Shown: positions 1 through 9,820, numbered from the stretch's first letter. The stretch: 64,000 nt of DNA from Candidatus Poseidoniaceae archaeon (GCA_030747695.1 JASLKG010000005.1:24599-88598), one strand, 5' to 3'. The notes: generated by a model from the sequence alone, not told the origin. Translations and numbers: made by a program.

Positions 1-2225
1 TCTTCATGATGCCCAACATGGTCATTAGCATCATATTGAACAGGTTCTACGGCAAACGAAGGAGTTGGTGGTGGAGAAGTAACAGCCCATTCAAGCGACC
101 ATCCGCCCCACGGATCTTTCCCTACTTTCTCACCCTTTCGACTGGAAGCAATTATGTTCCACACAAGGATTAATTGTGAAATTCCAAATATTAGTGCATA
201 TATTGAAATCGCCATATTCAATTCAGCAAATCCAGAATCTGCAGTATATGTATGAGTTCTTCTTGGCATACCCATTATACCTACTGCGTGCATTGGCCAA
301 AATGCAGCATTATAACTCGAGAATGCAATAAGGAAGTGCCATAGCCCTAAGGTTTCATTCAATTTTCGACCTGTTGCTTTTGGATACCAATAATATATGC
401 CAGAAAATAATGCGAAAATGGTTCCTCCAATAAACACATAGTGGAAGTGTGCAACAACGAAATAACCATCATGGAATTGAGTGTCTAAACCTGCTACAGG
501 GAAGAACATTCCAGATAAGCCCCCCAAAGTGAACGTAATTAAGAATCCTATTGACCAAAGCGTATGCGTTTTGAAAACTAGACTACCTCCCCATAAAGTA
601 GCAAGCCAGTTGAAAATCTTAACTCCAGTAGGTATGGCTACGGCCATAGTAGTAATCATGAACAAAACTCGCCAGAATGGATCCATTCCGCTAGTTATCA
701 TGTGGTGCCCCCATACAATGAATCCAACAACCCCTATGCCTACCATGGCATATACCATTGATTTGTATCCAAATATGGATCGTCTTGCACTAGTTGCTAA
801 TACTTCAGAAACTATACCAAATGCAGGAACAATTACTACGTATACTTCAGGATGTCCAAAGAACCAGAATAGATGTTGGAATAATAAGGGATCTCCTCCA
901 CTAGTGAAGAAGGTGGTTCCAATTGTACTATCGAACAATAAGAAGAATACTCCAATAACGAAAGCTGGAAGGCTTACATAAAGCATGAATACGCTTATCA
1001 GAGCAGACCAAGTAAATAATGGCATTTTCATCCATCCAACACCCTTAGCACGCATAGTGAAAGTGGTTGTAACGAAATTCACTCCAGATAGAGTAGATGA
1101 AGCTCCAAGTAAAGCAATACCCGAAATAAATGAGATGGTTCCAGAATTAGGGCCTTGTTCGGTACCTAATCCTGCCAAGCTAGAATATGGGGGGTACATT
1201 ACCCATGTAATATCTGCACCTTCTCCACTCCAAACGCCTGCAAAAATTAGAGGTGCTGCAGCAACAATTAGCCAGAAACCAAGAGCATTAATTCGTGGGA
1301 AAGCAAGGTCTTTAGCACCAATCTGGAGCGGTAATACATAATTCATGAATCCAGCAATCATTGGCATTGCTGCAAGGAAAATCATTGTAGTGCCATGCAA
1401 TGTAAAGAATGAATTGTATTCATCGTATGTAAGGAAATCATTCTCAGGTAGTGCCAATTGTATTCTGAATAAGAGGGCAAGTAGTCCTCCAACAAGGAAG
1501 AAAAAGAACCCGTATAGGAAATAGAGTATGCCAACTTGTTTGTGGTCAGTAGTGGTTAACCATGGTTTTAGATAACTAAAGAAAGTTCCAATTGAAAAGT
1601 TTTGAGGGTCTCTTTTGTAGAAGACCCACATACATCCAACTAAGATCATTCCCAAAGCGAGCCCAATTATAGTCATCAATATTGTAAGCGCTTCTGCTGA
1701 AGGCGCTTGTGGATTCGCCTGTGGGCCTGAAACTTGTAATTCTAACTTGTTCCAATCATCATCATCACTTGGAGAACCATCTCCATTAACTGCGTTACCA
1801 AAAACAACAAAGGTAGCAATTGCAGTTTCATCCGCAGGAGCAGTCCATGTAAAATTCCAAGACCTTTGCTTGTTCAACTCTTCAGTATGAGTCAAATGGC
1901 CATCATAATCTCGAGCACCATCTAGTGATTCTAATACACCAACACTATCTAAGATGCTTATTCTAAATCCACCAGTTGCAATTTCAGAATTACCCGCGAC
2001 ATCATCATTGCTAATTGTTAAAGTAAATTCATATTCTTCAGAAGCATTGAATATTTCTGGCAAACCATCTATTGAAATTGTTGTAGCATCAGTTTGTCCA
2101 CCATGACAACTACAACCGTTATTGGCTTGGTCCCCTATGCCAGTTTCATAAGCATTGAATCCTGGAGCACTTACTAGGGCAAAAATTAGTACAGATAAAA
2201 TTGCTAAAGGACGTATTTGTTTCAA
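1..2225 (-). CDS. coxA: Cytochrome c oxidase (haem-copper oxidase) subunit I, 3' end running off the window; carries a ~190-aa N-terminal extension (signal peptide + extracytoplasmic domain + extra TM) ahead of the canonical 12-TM core
   Basis: Reverse-strand translation reads ...WLTTTDHKQVGILYF..., GHPEVYV, and the HFHYV copper/haem ligand motif (...FHDGYFVVAHFHYVFIGGT...). The reading frame is still open at position 1. TTG start at 2225-2223 overlaps the coxII TGA stop and is preceded by GGAGGTG (SD). This ORF is absent from the supplied ORF track. Confidence 0.9.
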   Translation of the reverse strand, partial: MKQIRPLAILSVLIFALVSAPGFNAYETGIGDQANNGCSCHGGQTDATTISIDGLPEIFNASEEYEFTLTISNDDVAGNSEIATGGFRISILDSVGVLESLDGARDYDGHLTHTEELNKQRSWNFTWTAPADETAIATFVVFGNAVNGDGSPSDDDDWNKLELQVSGPQANPQAPSAEALTILMTIIGLALGMILVGCMWVFYKRDPQNFSIGTFFSYLKPWLTTTDHKQVGILYFLYGFFFFLVGGLLALLFRIQLALPENDFLTYDEYNSFFTLHGTTMIFLAAMPMIAGFMNYVLPLQIGAKDLAFPRINALGFWLIVAAAPLIFAGVWSGEGADITWVMYPPYSSLAGLGTEQGPNSGTISFISGIALLGASSTLSGVNFVTTTFTMRAKGVGWMKMPLFTWSALISVFMLYVSLPAFVIGVFFLLFDSTIGTTFFTSGGDPLLFQHLFWFFGHPEVYVVIVPAFGIVSEVLATSARRSIFGYKSMVYAMVGIGVVGFIVWGHHMITSGMDPFWRVLFMITTMAVAIPTGVKIFNWLATLWGGSLVFKTHTLWSIGFLITFTLGGLSGMFFPVAGLDTQFHDGYFVVAHFHYVFIGGTIFALFSGIYYWYPKATGRKLNETLGLWHFLIAFSSYNAAFWPMHAVGIMGMPRRTHTYTADSGFAELNMAISIYALIFGISQLILVWNIIASSRKGEKVGKDPWGGWSLEWAVTSPPPTPSFAVEPVQYDANDHVGHHE

Positions 2226-3238
2226 TTGCTCACCTCCTTATTGTCAAAGTAAATTCCAAAATCAGCGTCACAGGTTCCCATCTCTTCGGTAGCAACAACT
2301 TCAACAACACCGCTCATAATGGAATGTTGTTCTCCACAATATTCTGCGCATCTAATCGGAAACGTCCCTGCATCATTGGGCTGTACAAACATCCAAGTCC
2401 CACCAACAATTTCATCGTCAAAGGTGCCATATTCTCCATCAGGCCCCGGCTCGGTGCTATGCAGGCCGGGAACAGCATCTTCTTTCATTCCCCATTCTTG
2501 GAGCCAGAAAGCATGTTGCACGCCTTGGTAAACACTATTTTTATCGCCATATTTGTCACTAAAAATATTCAAAGTAACGTTGTGATCACATGGAATAATA
2601 AAATCAGTATTCATCACATGTCCGACAGGTATATGTTGCCATCTATGTATTACATTTTCATCTGCATCAAGAATGTCAACAGATTGGAAAACAGCATCAT
2701 CAAAAGGAGTACTGATTGTATTATTTATCAAATCAAGATTGGTAGTGCCTGACATATCGATTGCAACAGCGGAAGCCGCATTTTCACCATAAGTTATCAT
2801 CAACCCTGAGTCATTCCAACTAACATCATGTGTAGTACTAACATCTTCCCACGTTAAAGCATCACGATATGTATATTGCCATGCCCATTGGATTCCATTA
2901 ACTTCAACTTCAAATGTATCTTCAGCATCAGCATCTGGGAAATTATACCATACCAGGTTCATTGAACCTAAAGCTAGCCATGTAACCCAGATAATGAGTA
3001 TTGTTGGGACAAGGAACCACGCGAATTCAAGAGTAAAGTCATGACGTTCAACAGGAAAAGTTCCAACCTTTATTTCTTCTTTTCCAGCAGGCTCTAATCC
3101 ATCTCTGTATCTTAATATGGCGATAAGTAACCAAATAAAAGCAAACAAACCAACAATAATTGACCAAAATAAAAATTTGTCATATAGAATATTGAACACG
3201 GTGTATTCATCTGGCCACAGCTCTCGCGTATCGCCCAT
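2222..3238 (-). CDS. coxB: Cytochrome c oxidase subunit II (CuA cupredoxin subunit), unusually long at 338 aa
   Basis: Two N-terminal TM helices. CuA ligand motif CAEYCGEQHSIM near the C-terminus. Immediately upstream of, and overlapping, the subunit I gene. Confidence 0.9.
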   Translation of the reverse strand: MGDTRELWPDEYTVFNILYDKFLFWSIIVGLFAFIWLLIAILRYRDGLEPAGKEEIKVGTFPVERHDFTLEFAWFLVPTILIIWVTWLALGSMNLVWYNFPDADAEDTFEVEVNGIQWAWQYTYRDALTWEDVSTTHDVSWNDSGLMITYGENAASAVAIDMSGTTNLDLINNTISTPFDDAVFQSVDILDADENVIHRWQHIPVGHVMNTDFIIPCDHNVTLNIFSDKYGDKNSVYQGVQHAFWLQEWGMKEDAVPGLHSTEPGPDGEYGTFDDEIVGGTWMFVQPNDAGTFPIRCAEYCGEQHSIMSGVVEVVATEEMGTCDADFGIYFDNKEVSN

Positions 3239-3338
3239 GCCCCGACCCGTTAGACGACCGTATTAAGCGATTCCGCATCTTAGGAACTTCTCCCTACGGG
3301 AGCATGCTTCTTGGACCGGTTAATAGTGGGGTGTAAAT

Positions 3339-3650
3339 ATGGGGGTTGCAGGTTGCATTCAGAAAACTTTAGATGGTACAGTTTTGATTGAAATTGAAGT
3401 GCAACCTGGAGCAAGTCGCCAAGGCATAATTGGGTATAATGAATGGAGAGGTAGATTACAAGTTGCAGTTATGGCAGAAGCGCAGAAAGGCAAGGCTAAT
3501 CACGCTGTTTGTAATGTACTTTCAACTCAACTTGGAGGGGAAATTAGTGTTGTATCCGGCCACACTTCAAGAATGAAAAAGATTAGTATAAGACAAGTGG
3601 ATATAGAAAAAATAATTTCTAAATTGGAGGAATTTGTTGAATCGAATTGA
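3339..3650 (+). CDS. DUF167/YggU-family small protein
   Basis: 103-aa ORF, LIEIEVQPGASR...L.VAV motif pattern typical of the UPF0235/DUF167 family. Confidence 0.55.
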   Translation: MGVAGCIQKTLDGTVLIEIEVQPGASRQGIIGYNEWRGRLQVAVMAEAQKGKANHAVCNVLSTQLGGEISVVSGHTSRMKKISIRQVDIEKIISKLEEFVESN

Positions 3651-4074
3651 AAGATTTGAAACTGCAGGCAGAGCATTAGCAGAATGCAGAGCCTTCAACA
3701 GAGAGGAGCGGGTCATAATTGTTGAAGGATTACGTGATAAGGAAGCACTAATACAACTGGGATTTACCGGAGATGTCGAGAAAGTAAACCGCGGATGGAC
3801 ACTTGAGAAATTCATAGCCTATATTTTTGAAAATTACAATTCAGAACCAATAATATTGATGGATTGGGATAGAACTGGCGGTAGACTACAAAAAAAATTG
3901 ATGGATTCCCTTTCTAGTTTAGATTTAAAACCATCCGATCAATGTAGAAAAATACTCTCCAAATCATTGCGGCCAGAGACTTTATGCGTAGAAGACATCA
4001 ACACTTTTGCAGATGAATTATTACCAATAATCAATTTTCATGATCCTCAGGAAGACGAACTCCCATTTCTTTGA
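3634..4074 (+). CDS. Small Toprim-domain protein
   Basis: VIIVEGLRDKEAL ... ILMDWDRTGG (acidic E and DxD-like Toprim signatures). Overlaps the previous ORF by 17 nt, so probably co-transcribed. Confidence 0.5.
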   Translation: MLNRIERFETAGRALAECRAFNREERVIIVEGLRDKEALIQLGFTGDVEKVNRGWTLEKFIAYIFENYNSEPIILMDWDRTGGRLQKKLMDSLSSLDLKPSDQCRKILSKSLRPETLCVEDINTFADELLPIINFHDPQEDELPFL

Positions 4075-4492
4075 CAGTATTCAAAACTACATGTGTGAAA
4101 GACCGGGTAATTCCGTCTAGAGTAAATACCGTTTTTGTTAAGTCATCGAGGTCCTTTCGATCTTTGACTCTTGCCAGAACCATTGAATCCCAATCTCCTG
4201 TTATGTCATATACACTAAACACACGAGGATCTGCAGAAATTTGTTTTTGAACATCAATCACCAACCCTTTCTTTATGCATAATCCTGCCATAACAGTCAT
4301 GCCCCATCCAATAGCCTCTGCATCAAGCAACGGGGCATAACCTTTGATCACTCCTTCAGATTCTAATCTTCGTAATCTGTTAGTTATGGTTCCTTGTGCA
4401 ACCCCTACAATTTGTGCCAATTGTCTTTGCGAAAGGCGCGCATCACCACATAACGCATTTACAATTGCACGGTCAGTAGAATCTAGACCCAT
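4031..4492 (-). CDS. lrp: Lrp/AsnC-family transcriptional regulator
   Basis: N-terminal HTH (LSQRQLAQIVGVAQGTITNRLRRLESEGVI) plus C-terminal RAM/AsnC_trans domain, 153 aa. Confidence 0.85.
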   Translation of the reverse strand: MGLDSTDRAIVNALCGDARLSQRQLAQIVGVAQGTITNRLRRLESEGVIKGYAPLLDAEAIGWGMTVMAGLCIKKGLVIDVQKQISADPRVFSVYDITGDWDSMVLARVKDRKDLDDLTKTVFTLDGITRSFTHVVLNTVKEMGVRLPEDHEN

Positions 4493-4518
4493 GTATTGTG
4501 CTCAGAGAGAGTTGGTAT

Positions 4519-5646
4519 TCAATCATTCGATGAAAACTCAGGGAGATTCAAATCTAAGATCCAATCTCCAAGGTCATCAACCTTAACCGATAAACGTAAT
4601 TTTAACTCGCCAGAACCAGTTACTTTTATGACGCCAGATTTGGTATGATTAGAAGAAACACGTTCACGTTTTAATCCGCTATTACTTTTCCAACCCTCGT
4701 TCAAATTTAAATCTCCAATTTCTAGTGCTTTACCAGTAATTATGCGATATTCAATATTACCATCTTTACTCCAATTGCCTTCCAAACGAGGCAAACCCTT
4801 TTCGCGAGTATATTCCGCATTAACTACGAAACCAATAATCACAATCAACCCACAAAGAAGTAATGCGGGAGTTAAAGAATCTGAAGCATCGGAGGATTGC
4901 CAGCTAGTAGGAAAGTAACCTCGCTGCAAAGAAAGTGTCCTTACTCCATCCTCTCCTTCAAAAGCTCCAATCATTACAATAAATAATTCAAAATCATCTG
5001 CATGGCTTGCATCACCAAGATCAATTCCAGCTCCAGTTAAATGTTCACGAGTGATTGTGCTATTCCAATTATTTGTACTATTATTTGAGAATAGGAATGA
5101 TGAAGACGGTGCCCAATCACGTAAGAGATTTGGAGCAGTTCTTCCAACCGAATCTACAGCATTTCGTTCAACAATGAAAATATGTATTTGAGTCAACATT
5201 TGTAAATTTGCAGGATTTGTCCACGTGGCAGTTATGTTTAGTAATTCAACTTCAGAAGAACCAATTAATTGAATATTCCAATCGATTGCAATATCATTCT
5301 CAATTTCTCTTGGAGTAATAGTTTCCACTATATTATTGTCAATTACATTAGTAGGATATTCTTCAACCGAATGGAACATTGCTCGGGAATTAGCATCGCT
5401 GCTCGGCCAATTACTGTTTTCATCAGGATTAGTCCACCAATTTACAAGACTAATTTTTCCGGTACGATCAAGATATTGTAAATTTTCTAAATGCTCACTA
5501 TCTCCATTTCCATGAAAATGCTCTACAAGTACAGGTGCAGAATCACTTGATTTATGACTAGCTTCGGCATATATCGACAAATCACCAATTGCACTAGATG
5601 AAGGTATCATCACCAATAGGAAAAAAGCTGCAGCAAGCCATTTCAT
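4519..5646 (-). CDS. Type-I membrane-anchored secreted protein of unknown function
   Basis: Signal peptide MKWLAAAFFLLVMIPSSSAIG, single TM (LLLCGLIVIIGFVV) about 100 aa from the C-terminus, several N-x-S/T sequons. Confidence 0.6.
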   Translation of the reverse strand: MKWLAAAFFLLVMIPSSSAIGDLSIYAEASHKSSDSAPVLVEHFHGNGDSEHLENLQYLDRTGKISLVNWWTNPDENSNWPSSDANSRAMFHSVEEYPTNVIDNNIVETITPREIENDIAIDWNIQLIGSSEVELLNITATWTNPANLQMLTQIHIFIVERNAVDSVGRTAPNLLRDWAPSSSFLFSNNSTNNWNSTITREHLTGAGIDLGDASHADDFELFIVMIGAFEGEDGVRTLSLQRGYFPTSWQSSDASDSLTPALLLCGLIVIIGFVVNAEYTREKGLPRLEGNWSKDGNIEYRIITGKALEIGDLNLNEGWKSNSGLKRERVSSNHTKSGVIKVTGSGELKLRLSVKVDDLGDWILDLNLPEFSSND

Positions 5647-7337
5647 ACCTCATCTACCTCATTATCAATTCCAAGCTTAATCTTAATTATTTCACACTCA
5701 TTATCATCTAGCATTAAGGAAACACGTGCAGCAATCCAGATTGGGACCAAGTGTTCTTCACATCTCAGTATAGCCGACCCTTCAGGTAACTCATAATCAA
5801 ATTCTTCTACTAACGGAACATTCCCATTAAGTAGTTCAATTAATACAGATAATGAAACATCAATAATTCTCTTTGTAATATGCGTCCTTAGTAATTCTAA
5901 GGATTTTTGTCGAGGCCTCCACATATTTTTGTTATCAGTAAATGAAGGTTGACCAACATGAATCATTTTTAGAGGATGAAAAGTATTCGATGGCCAATAA
6001 TCTCCTTTATTGTTGATAACTATTGGCTGGTATATTTTTTCTAATACCGCAGTTGAGCACAGATTGATTCTTTTCCCCCTTTTCCACCATGAAAAATTAC
6101 TACTATCAATCCCCCACTCATTGCATATATTGGAAACGATTTGATCATCTGCCAGTACAGTAGTATGACGATTTGGCTTTTGCCTTGCTAGTTCTACAGA
6201 CTCTCTTTCTAGTGGCCTTTTGAGAATCATTGAACGCGAAACGCCTTCAGGGGTACGCTCTTTGACATGTTCAAATAATGCAACAAAAAATCCACCAGTA
6301 TCGTTATCTTGTTGATGGACCCTAATGGTATAATCTAATTTTGGAATAGGTTCGTTTTTTTGTGTTGGATTCAACATTTCTTCTGAGAGCCCTGGTAAGT
6401 TTGGCATTTCTCCATTCCATTCAACAGGGTTACCAGTTTCATCTAATATTTGCCAATTTGAAATCCCGTGATGAATTTTCATTCCGGGAAGCAATTTTTC
6501 AGAATCAATTTTAACTAATTCTAGCCAAGGACACTTCCTAAGTATTTCACAAACAACAGCCTCGTTTTCTGTAGGGTCAAGTGAGCATGTTGAGTAAACT
6601 AATTTGCCACCCGGCTTAAGGAGTTGGGCTGCACGAAATGCAATCCCAATTTGTAATTTGAACAAACTTCTACCCGCTTTAGGAGTCCATTTCCACCAAA
6701 GATCTCTATTTTTTCTTGTAGTGGCAGAACCAGTACATGGAGCATCAACAATGATACCATCAAGTCCAGGCTCGGGCATTCTTCCAACATGTCGTCCATC
6801 ATGTTGCATTATTAGCATATTTGAGAGCCCTAATCTATCGCGATTAGTTACAAGTAGATTCAATCGTCCTGCTGAAGGTTCATTAGCCAATAACAACCCG
6901 TTCTCAATCATTTCAGCTAATTGCGTTGCCTTTGAACCAGGAGCGGCACAAGTATCCATTACAAGATCATCAGATTTTGGTTCTAGTATTACAGGAGGTA
7001 ACATTGAAACAGCCTCTTGTCTAGTTACACGTCCAGTTTCATGTAACAACATCACCATCTTACGAAATTTTTCATTTGGCCAACTTTCTTTCGAAAAAGG
7101 CAACACCCATGCCTCTTGTGTGGTTAGCCAAGCAATTCTCTCCCCACCCATTATGGACAATTGTTCTCGTGTCCATTCAACGTCATGTCGTTTCGAAGTG
7201 ATTCTCATTGTAATAGGTAAAGGTGAAGTTGCACTAGTTATCCAAGAATCAATATCTATGTCTAAACTTCTTGCTAAACCAGCTAGAGGCTTACTTGCTA
7301 ATTCAGATAACAAATTTTCATTGGCCGGCCGCACCAT
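5643..7337 (-). CDS. NOL1/NOP2/Sun-family RNA (cytosine-C5) methyltransferase with C-terminal extension
   Basis: SAM-binding and catalytic motifs DTCAAPGSKATQ, IIVDAPCTGSATTRKN, VYSTCSLDPTENE; 564 aa. Confidence 0.85.
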   Translation of the reverse strand: MVRPANENLLSELASKPLAGLARSLDIDIDSWITSATSPLPITMRITSKRHDVEWTREQLSIMGGERIAWLTTQEAWVLPFSKESWPNEKFRKMVMLLHETGRVTRQEAVSMLPPVILEPKSDDLVMDTCAAPGSKATQLAEMIENGLLLANEPSAGRLNLLVTNRDRLGLSNMLIMQHDGRHVGRMPEPGLDGIIVDAPCTGSATTRKNRDLWWKWTPKAGRSLFKLQIGIAFRAAQLLKPGGKLVYSTCSLDPTENEAVVCEILRKCPWLELVKIDSEKLLPGMKIHHGISNWQILDETGNPVEWNGEMPNLPGLSEEMLNPTQKNEPIPKLDYTIRVHQQDNDTGGFFVALFEHVKERTPEGVSRSMILKRPLERESVELARQKPNRHTTVLADDQIVSNICNEWGIDSSNFSWWKRGKRINLCSTAVLEKIYQPIVINNKGDYWPSNTFHPLKMIHVGQPSFTDNKNMWRPRQKSLELLRTHITKRIIDVSLSVLIELLNGNVPLVEEFDYELPEGSAILRCEEHLVPIWIAARVSLMLDDNECEIIKIKLGIDNEVDEV

Positions 7338-8330
7338 GTGGTTGCGCTGAAGGACCCCATTCTTTGGACTTGGGGTGTGCCAATCCTCATTGATGTTAAG
7401 TGTGCAGGGGTAATTATGGCGGAGGCAATTATTACCACCGCATTTCTCATTTCGTTGGGAATGATTCTTTCTTTGCTTTTTACTAATGGTAGGTTATTGC
7501 CTGGCATTGTAGCCTTATTATTACTGATAAAAATCTTAACTTCGCCACTAGATTCAATACATCAAGAAGCAGGTGTTTCAATTTACTTATGTTTTGCAAT
7601 CACATGTGGAGGGGCATTGAGAAATCATTCAAACCCCGAATCTTGGAAAAAAGTGAATGGTTGGAGTGGACTAATAACTTCACTAATTCTGATTGTCCAT
7701 TATCCGAAAGAAGGCATAGTTGAGATGGTACAGGTATATTCTATACAGCAATCAATATTACAAATCGCCTCAAATTTATTGGTTGGTGTTGTATTAATTC
7801 TAACTTTGACAGGCTACGGCTCAGAAAAGGAGTGGGCTCCTTCTCTTGCCTCAATCTTAATGATACCTATAACATTTGAATCCCCTATTCTTTATTCAGC
7901 ATTATTGCTGCCTACATTATGGTTATTTGAGGGAAAAATTGATTCAAAATTAGGTGTTGGGGATCGTAGATCAATAGCTATGGGACTTACAATATTAATT
8001 GGCATATCAATTATGTTTTTGCTGACTAAAGTACTAGTTTCAACAGTTCCGAGAATTGGCGACGGATATGGTGCTGATGCAGTATCTTTGTGGTTAACAT
8101 TGGGTATTTCCGTGACAGGTTTGATTGGAATGATGCTTCCACAATTTGGTTTCGATTGGATGGCTAGGCCAGAATCATGGGGTTGGAGGAATGGTTTAGC
8201 AATAGGTCCAATGTTGCTAACTTTGCAAACAGATTTGGCGATAGTAGCAATGCCGGGAGTTTGGCTAGCAATTTTAGTTAGTATTACTGGCCCTTTGGTA
8301 CTAGAAAAGAAACCAGCAAAACGGGTTTGA
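7338..8330 (+). CDS. Polytopic integral membrane protein, unknown function (GTG start as listed; ATG at 7416 is an alternative)
   Basis: About 9-10 hydrophobic helices, no recognisable catalytic motif. Divergent from the methyltransferase gene. Confidence 0.5.
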   Translation: MVALKDPILWTWGVPILIDVKCAGVIMAEAIITTAFLISLGMILSLLFTNGRLLPGIVALLLLIKILTSPLDSIHQEAGVSIYLCFAITCGGALRNHSNPESWKKVNGWSGLITSLILIVHYPKEGIVEMVQVYSIQQSILQIASNLLVGVVLILTLTGYGSEKEWAPSLASILMIPITFESPILYSALLLPTLWLFEGKIDSKLGVGDRRSIAMGLTILIGISIMFLLTKVLVSTVPRIGDGYGADAVSLWLTLGISVTGLIGMMLPQFGFDWMARPESWGWRNGLAIGPMLLTLQTDLAIVAMPGVWLAILVSITGPLVLEKKPAKRV

Positions 8331-8382
8331 GAGATTGGCATCCCCCCCAACTCTTATCAATGGTTCAAAGGCGATAGGCTTC

Positions 8383-8399
8383 TGAAGATAGTATCTTCA
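8383..8399. promoter_or_regulatory. 17-bp perfect palindrome TGAAGATA-G-TATCTTCA 16 nt upstream of the ORF at 8415
   Basis: Read directly from the sequence. Dyad symmetry is typical of a dimeric transcription-factor operator. Confidence 0.4.
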
Positions 8400-8414
8400 A
8401 AGGATGGGGTCCTG

Positions 8415-8780
8415 ATGGGAAGAGCATTTACAGATGGCGTTAGCAGTAATAAAAAAATCAATATGGCACAGCGAAGAAGAAGTTGGAAGCCATTAGCTGA
8501 TTTGCAAGGTTTGACTGGAAGGACACAAGCAATTGCAGAAGATATGGGGCCATTAGTGGACGTACCTGCAATGGTGAGGATTGAAAACGAGAAGTGGATT
8601 TTTGAAAGAATCTCACAAGAAGTATTGATGCACTTGACACACCGATTGGTAATCCATGAGGTAGAAGGTCCAAGAACACTTGGCGCAACATTAGATTTAG
8701 AGACTGCAATGCAAGTCGCTCAAGGAATGGCGACAAGTGAGGGCTCTGTAGTATTGATAGAACCACTAAGTAGCAATTGA
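8415..8780 (+). CDS. Hypothetical cytoplasmic protein (121 aa)
   Basis: ORF with GGATGGGG SD-like sequence upstream; no recognisable motif. Confidence 0.4.
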   Translation: MGRAFTDGVSSNKKINMAQRRRSWKPLADLQGLTGRTQAIAEDMGPLVDVPAMVRIENEKWIFERISQEVLMHLTHRLVIHEVEGPRTLGATLDLETAMQVAQGMATSEGSVVLIEPLSSN

Positions 8781-8963
8781 TCAGAATAATCCTCTAATCC
8801 AAGCAATAACGCCTTCATTTACTAAATAGATGAAGATAGATAATGAAATACAGGCAAAATAAATTTGTCCTGGAGTAATTTTCCAAGCATCTTCTGACTC
8901 TTCATCGAAATAACGAATAAGACCAGCAGCCTGTTGGATTCCCCCACCATCTTTCTTTGCCAT
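8781..8963 (-). CDS. secG: Preprotein translocase subunit Sec61beta (SecG, archaeal type)
   Basis: MAKKDGGG...AGLIRYFDEE followed by a single C-terminal TM; canonical 60-aa archaeal Sec61beta. Confidence 0.85.
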   Translation of the reverse strand: MAKKDGGGIQQAAGLIRYFDEESEDAWKITPGQIYFACISLSIFIYLVNEGVIAWIRGLF

Positions 8964-9005
8964 CGAATGTGGCGAAACACCTTTCCTTTATGAACGCGAC
9001 GCGCG

Positions 9006-9728
9006 CTATTCTTCCTCGTTGGTTAAGTCAATAATCGGAATTTCATCACTTCCGGTAGGCATTATTTGCCCATCAGGTATGACATCTTCAACCTCAATTT
9101 CAATAGATTCAGCCTCCATTCTTGAAAGCGCTCTAATTACTGCAGGAGCATTGTCATCAGCCAAAGCATTCCGGGCCATTTCAATTTCATTAGAATCTCC
9201 TAATTCGATTTTTGTATGTTCTATTAATTCTGTCAAATCGGTTCTTGCACGTTCAATATGGTATTTCCACAGCAATTCATTTTCTTTAGTACTGAATATT
9301 TTCTTTGAAAATTTGTATGCTCGTGAAAATTCCCATGGTTTGTGATTTGAAGCAGAAACAAGATCAAAGATAACTCTTGCACGTTCTTCTAGGGGGCCAT
9401 TGATGTGGATAATGTTCGCATAGCATTTTGTAAACAACCCAAAACCCCAATAAGAAAAACTTGAGATCTTAACGTCTAAACTTCCGGAGGTTGTACTCAA
9501 TTCCCATTTTTGTTCATCAAAACCAGGGCGTTGAGACATAATTGGTGTCGAAGCACCTTCTAGGGATCTAAGTAAGGTTGTAGCGATATCTCCAAGCCAT
9601 ACAGTAGCAATATTTGCTTGATGAGCCTTAGGTCTTAGAAAACCCTCCTCATCGTGCCCATGGTTAGGACCTGCTTGAGATACTTGAGCGTAAAGGATGG
9701 TTTCCACAGGATCCAAACTATCCTCCAT
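9006..9728 (-). CDS. Hypothetical protein (240 aa) with acidic C-terminus
   Basis: Long ORF, GPNHGHDEEGF segment, no confident family assignment. Confidence 0.4.
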   Translation of the reverse strand: MEDSLDPVETILYAQVSQAGPNHGHDEEGFLRPKAHQANIATVWLGDIATTLLRSLEGASTPIMSQRPGFDEQKWELSTTSGSLDVKISSFSYWGFGLFTKCYANIIHINGPLEERARVIFDLVSASNHKPWEFSRAYKFSKKIFSTKENELLWKYHIERARTDLTELIEHTKIELGDSNEIEMARNALADDNAPAVIRALSRMEAESIEIEVEDVIPDGQIMPTGSDEIPIIDLTNEEE

Positions 9729-9820
9729 GATGCTCTGATGAGAGCCCCCGCCTTCAATGATGCCCTTCTTTGAGAGATGGGTTAATGATGGGGGGCCATC
9801 TTCGCTCTATTGGTGAAGAG

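Noticed and set aside
481-1341. Plus-strand ORFs 481-981 and 985-1341 (also 2201-2752 and 2319-2531) from the ORF track
   Set aside because: They are antisense to the clearly identifiable coxI/coxII genes. Their translations are low-complexity with no motifs. The real gene (coxI, minus strand) was missed by the track because it runs off the window edge.
2100-2160. C-S-C-H in the CoxI N-terminal extension as a haem-c binding site
   Set aside because: Canonical haem-c attachment needs CxxCH (or longer spacers). CxCH with a single intervening residue is not an established motif, so no cytochrome c domain is claimed.
6604-7350. 248-aa plus-strand ORF inside the NOL1/NOP2/Sun methyltransferase gene
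   Set aside because: It is antisense to a gene with unambiguous catalytic motifs and has no features of its own.
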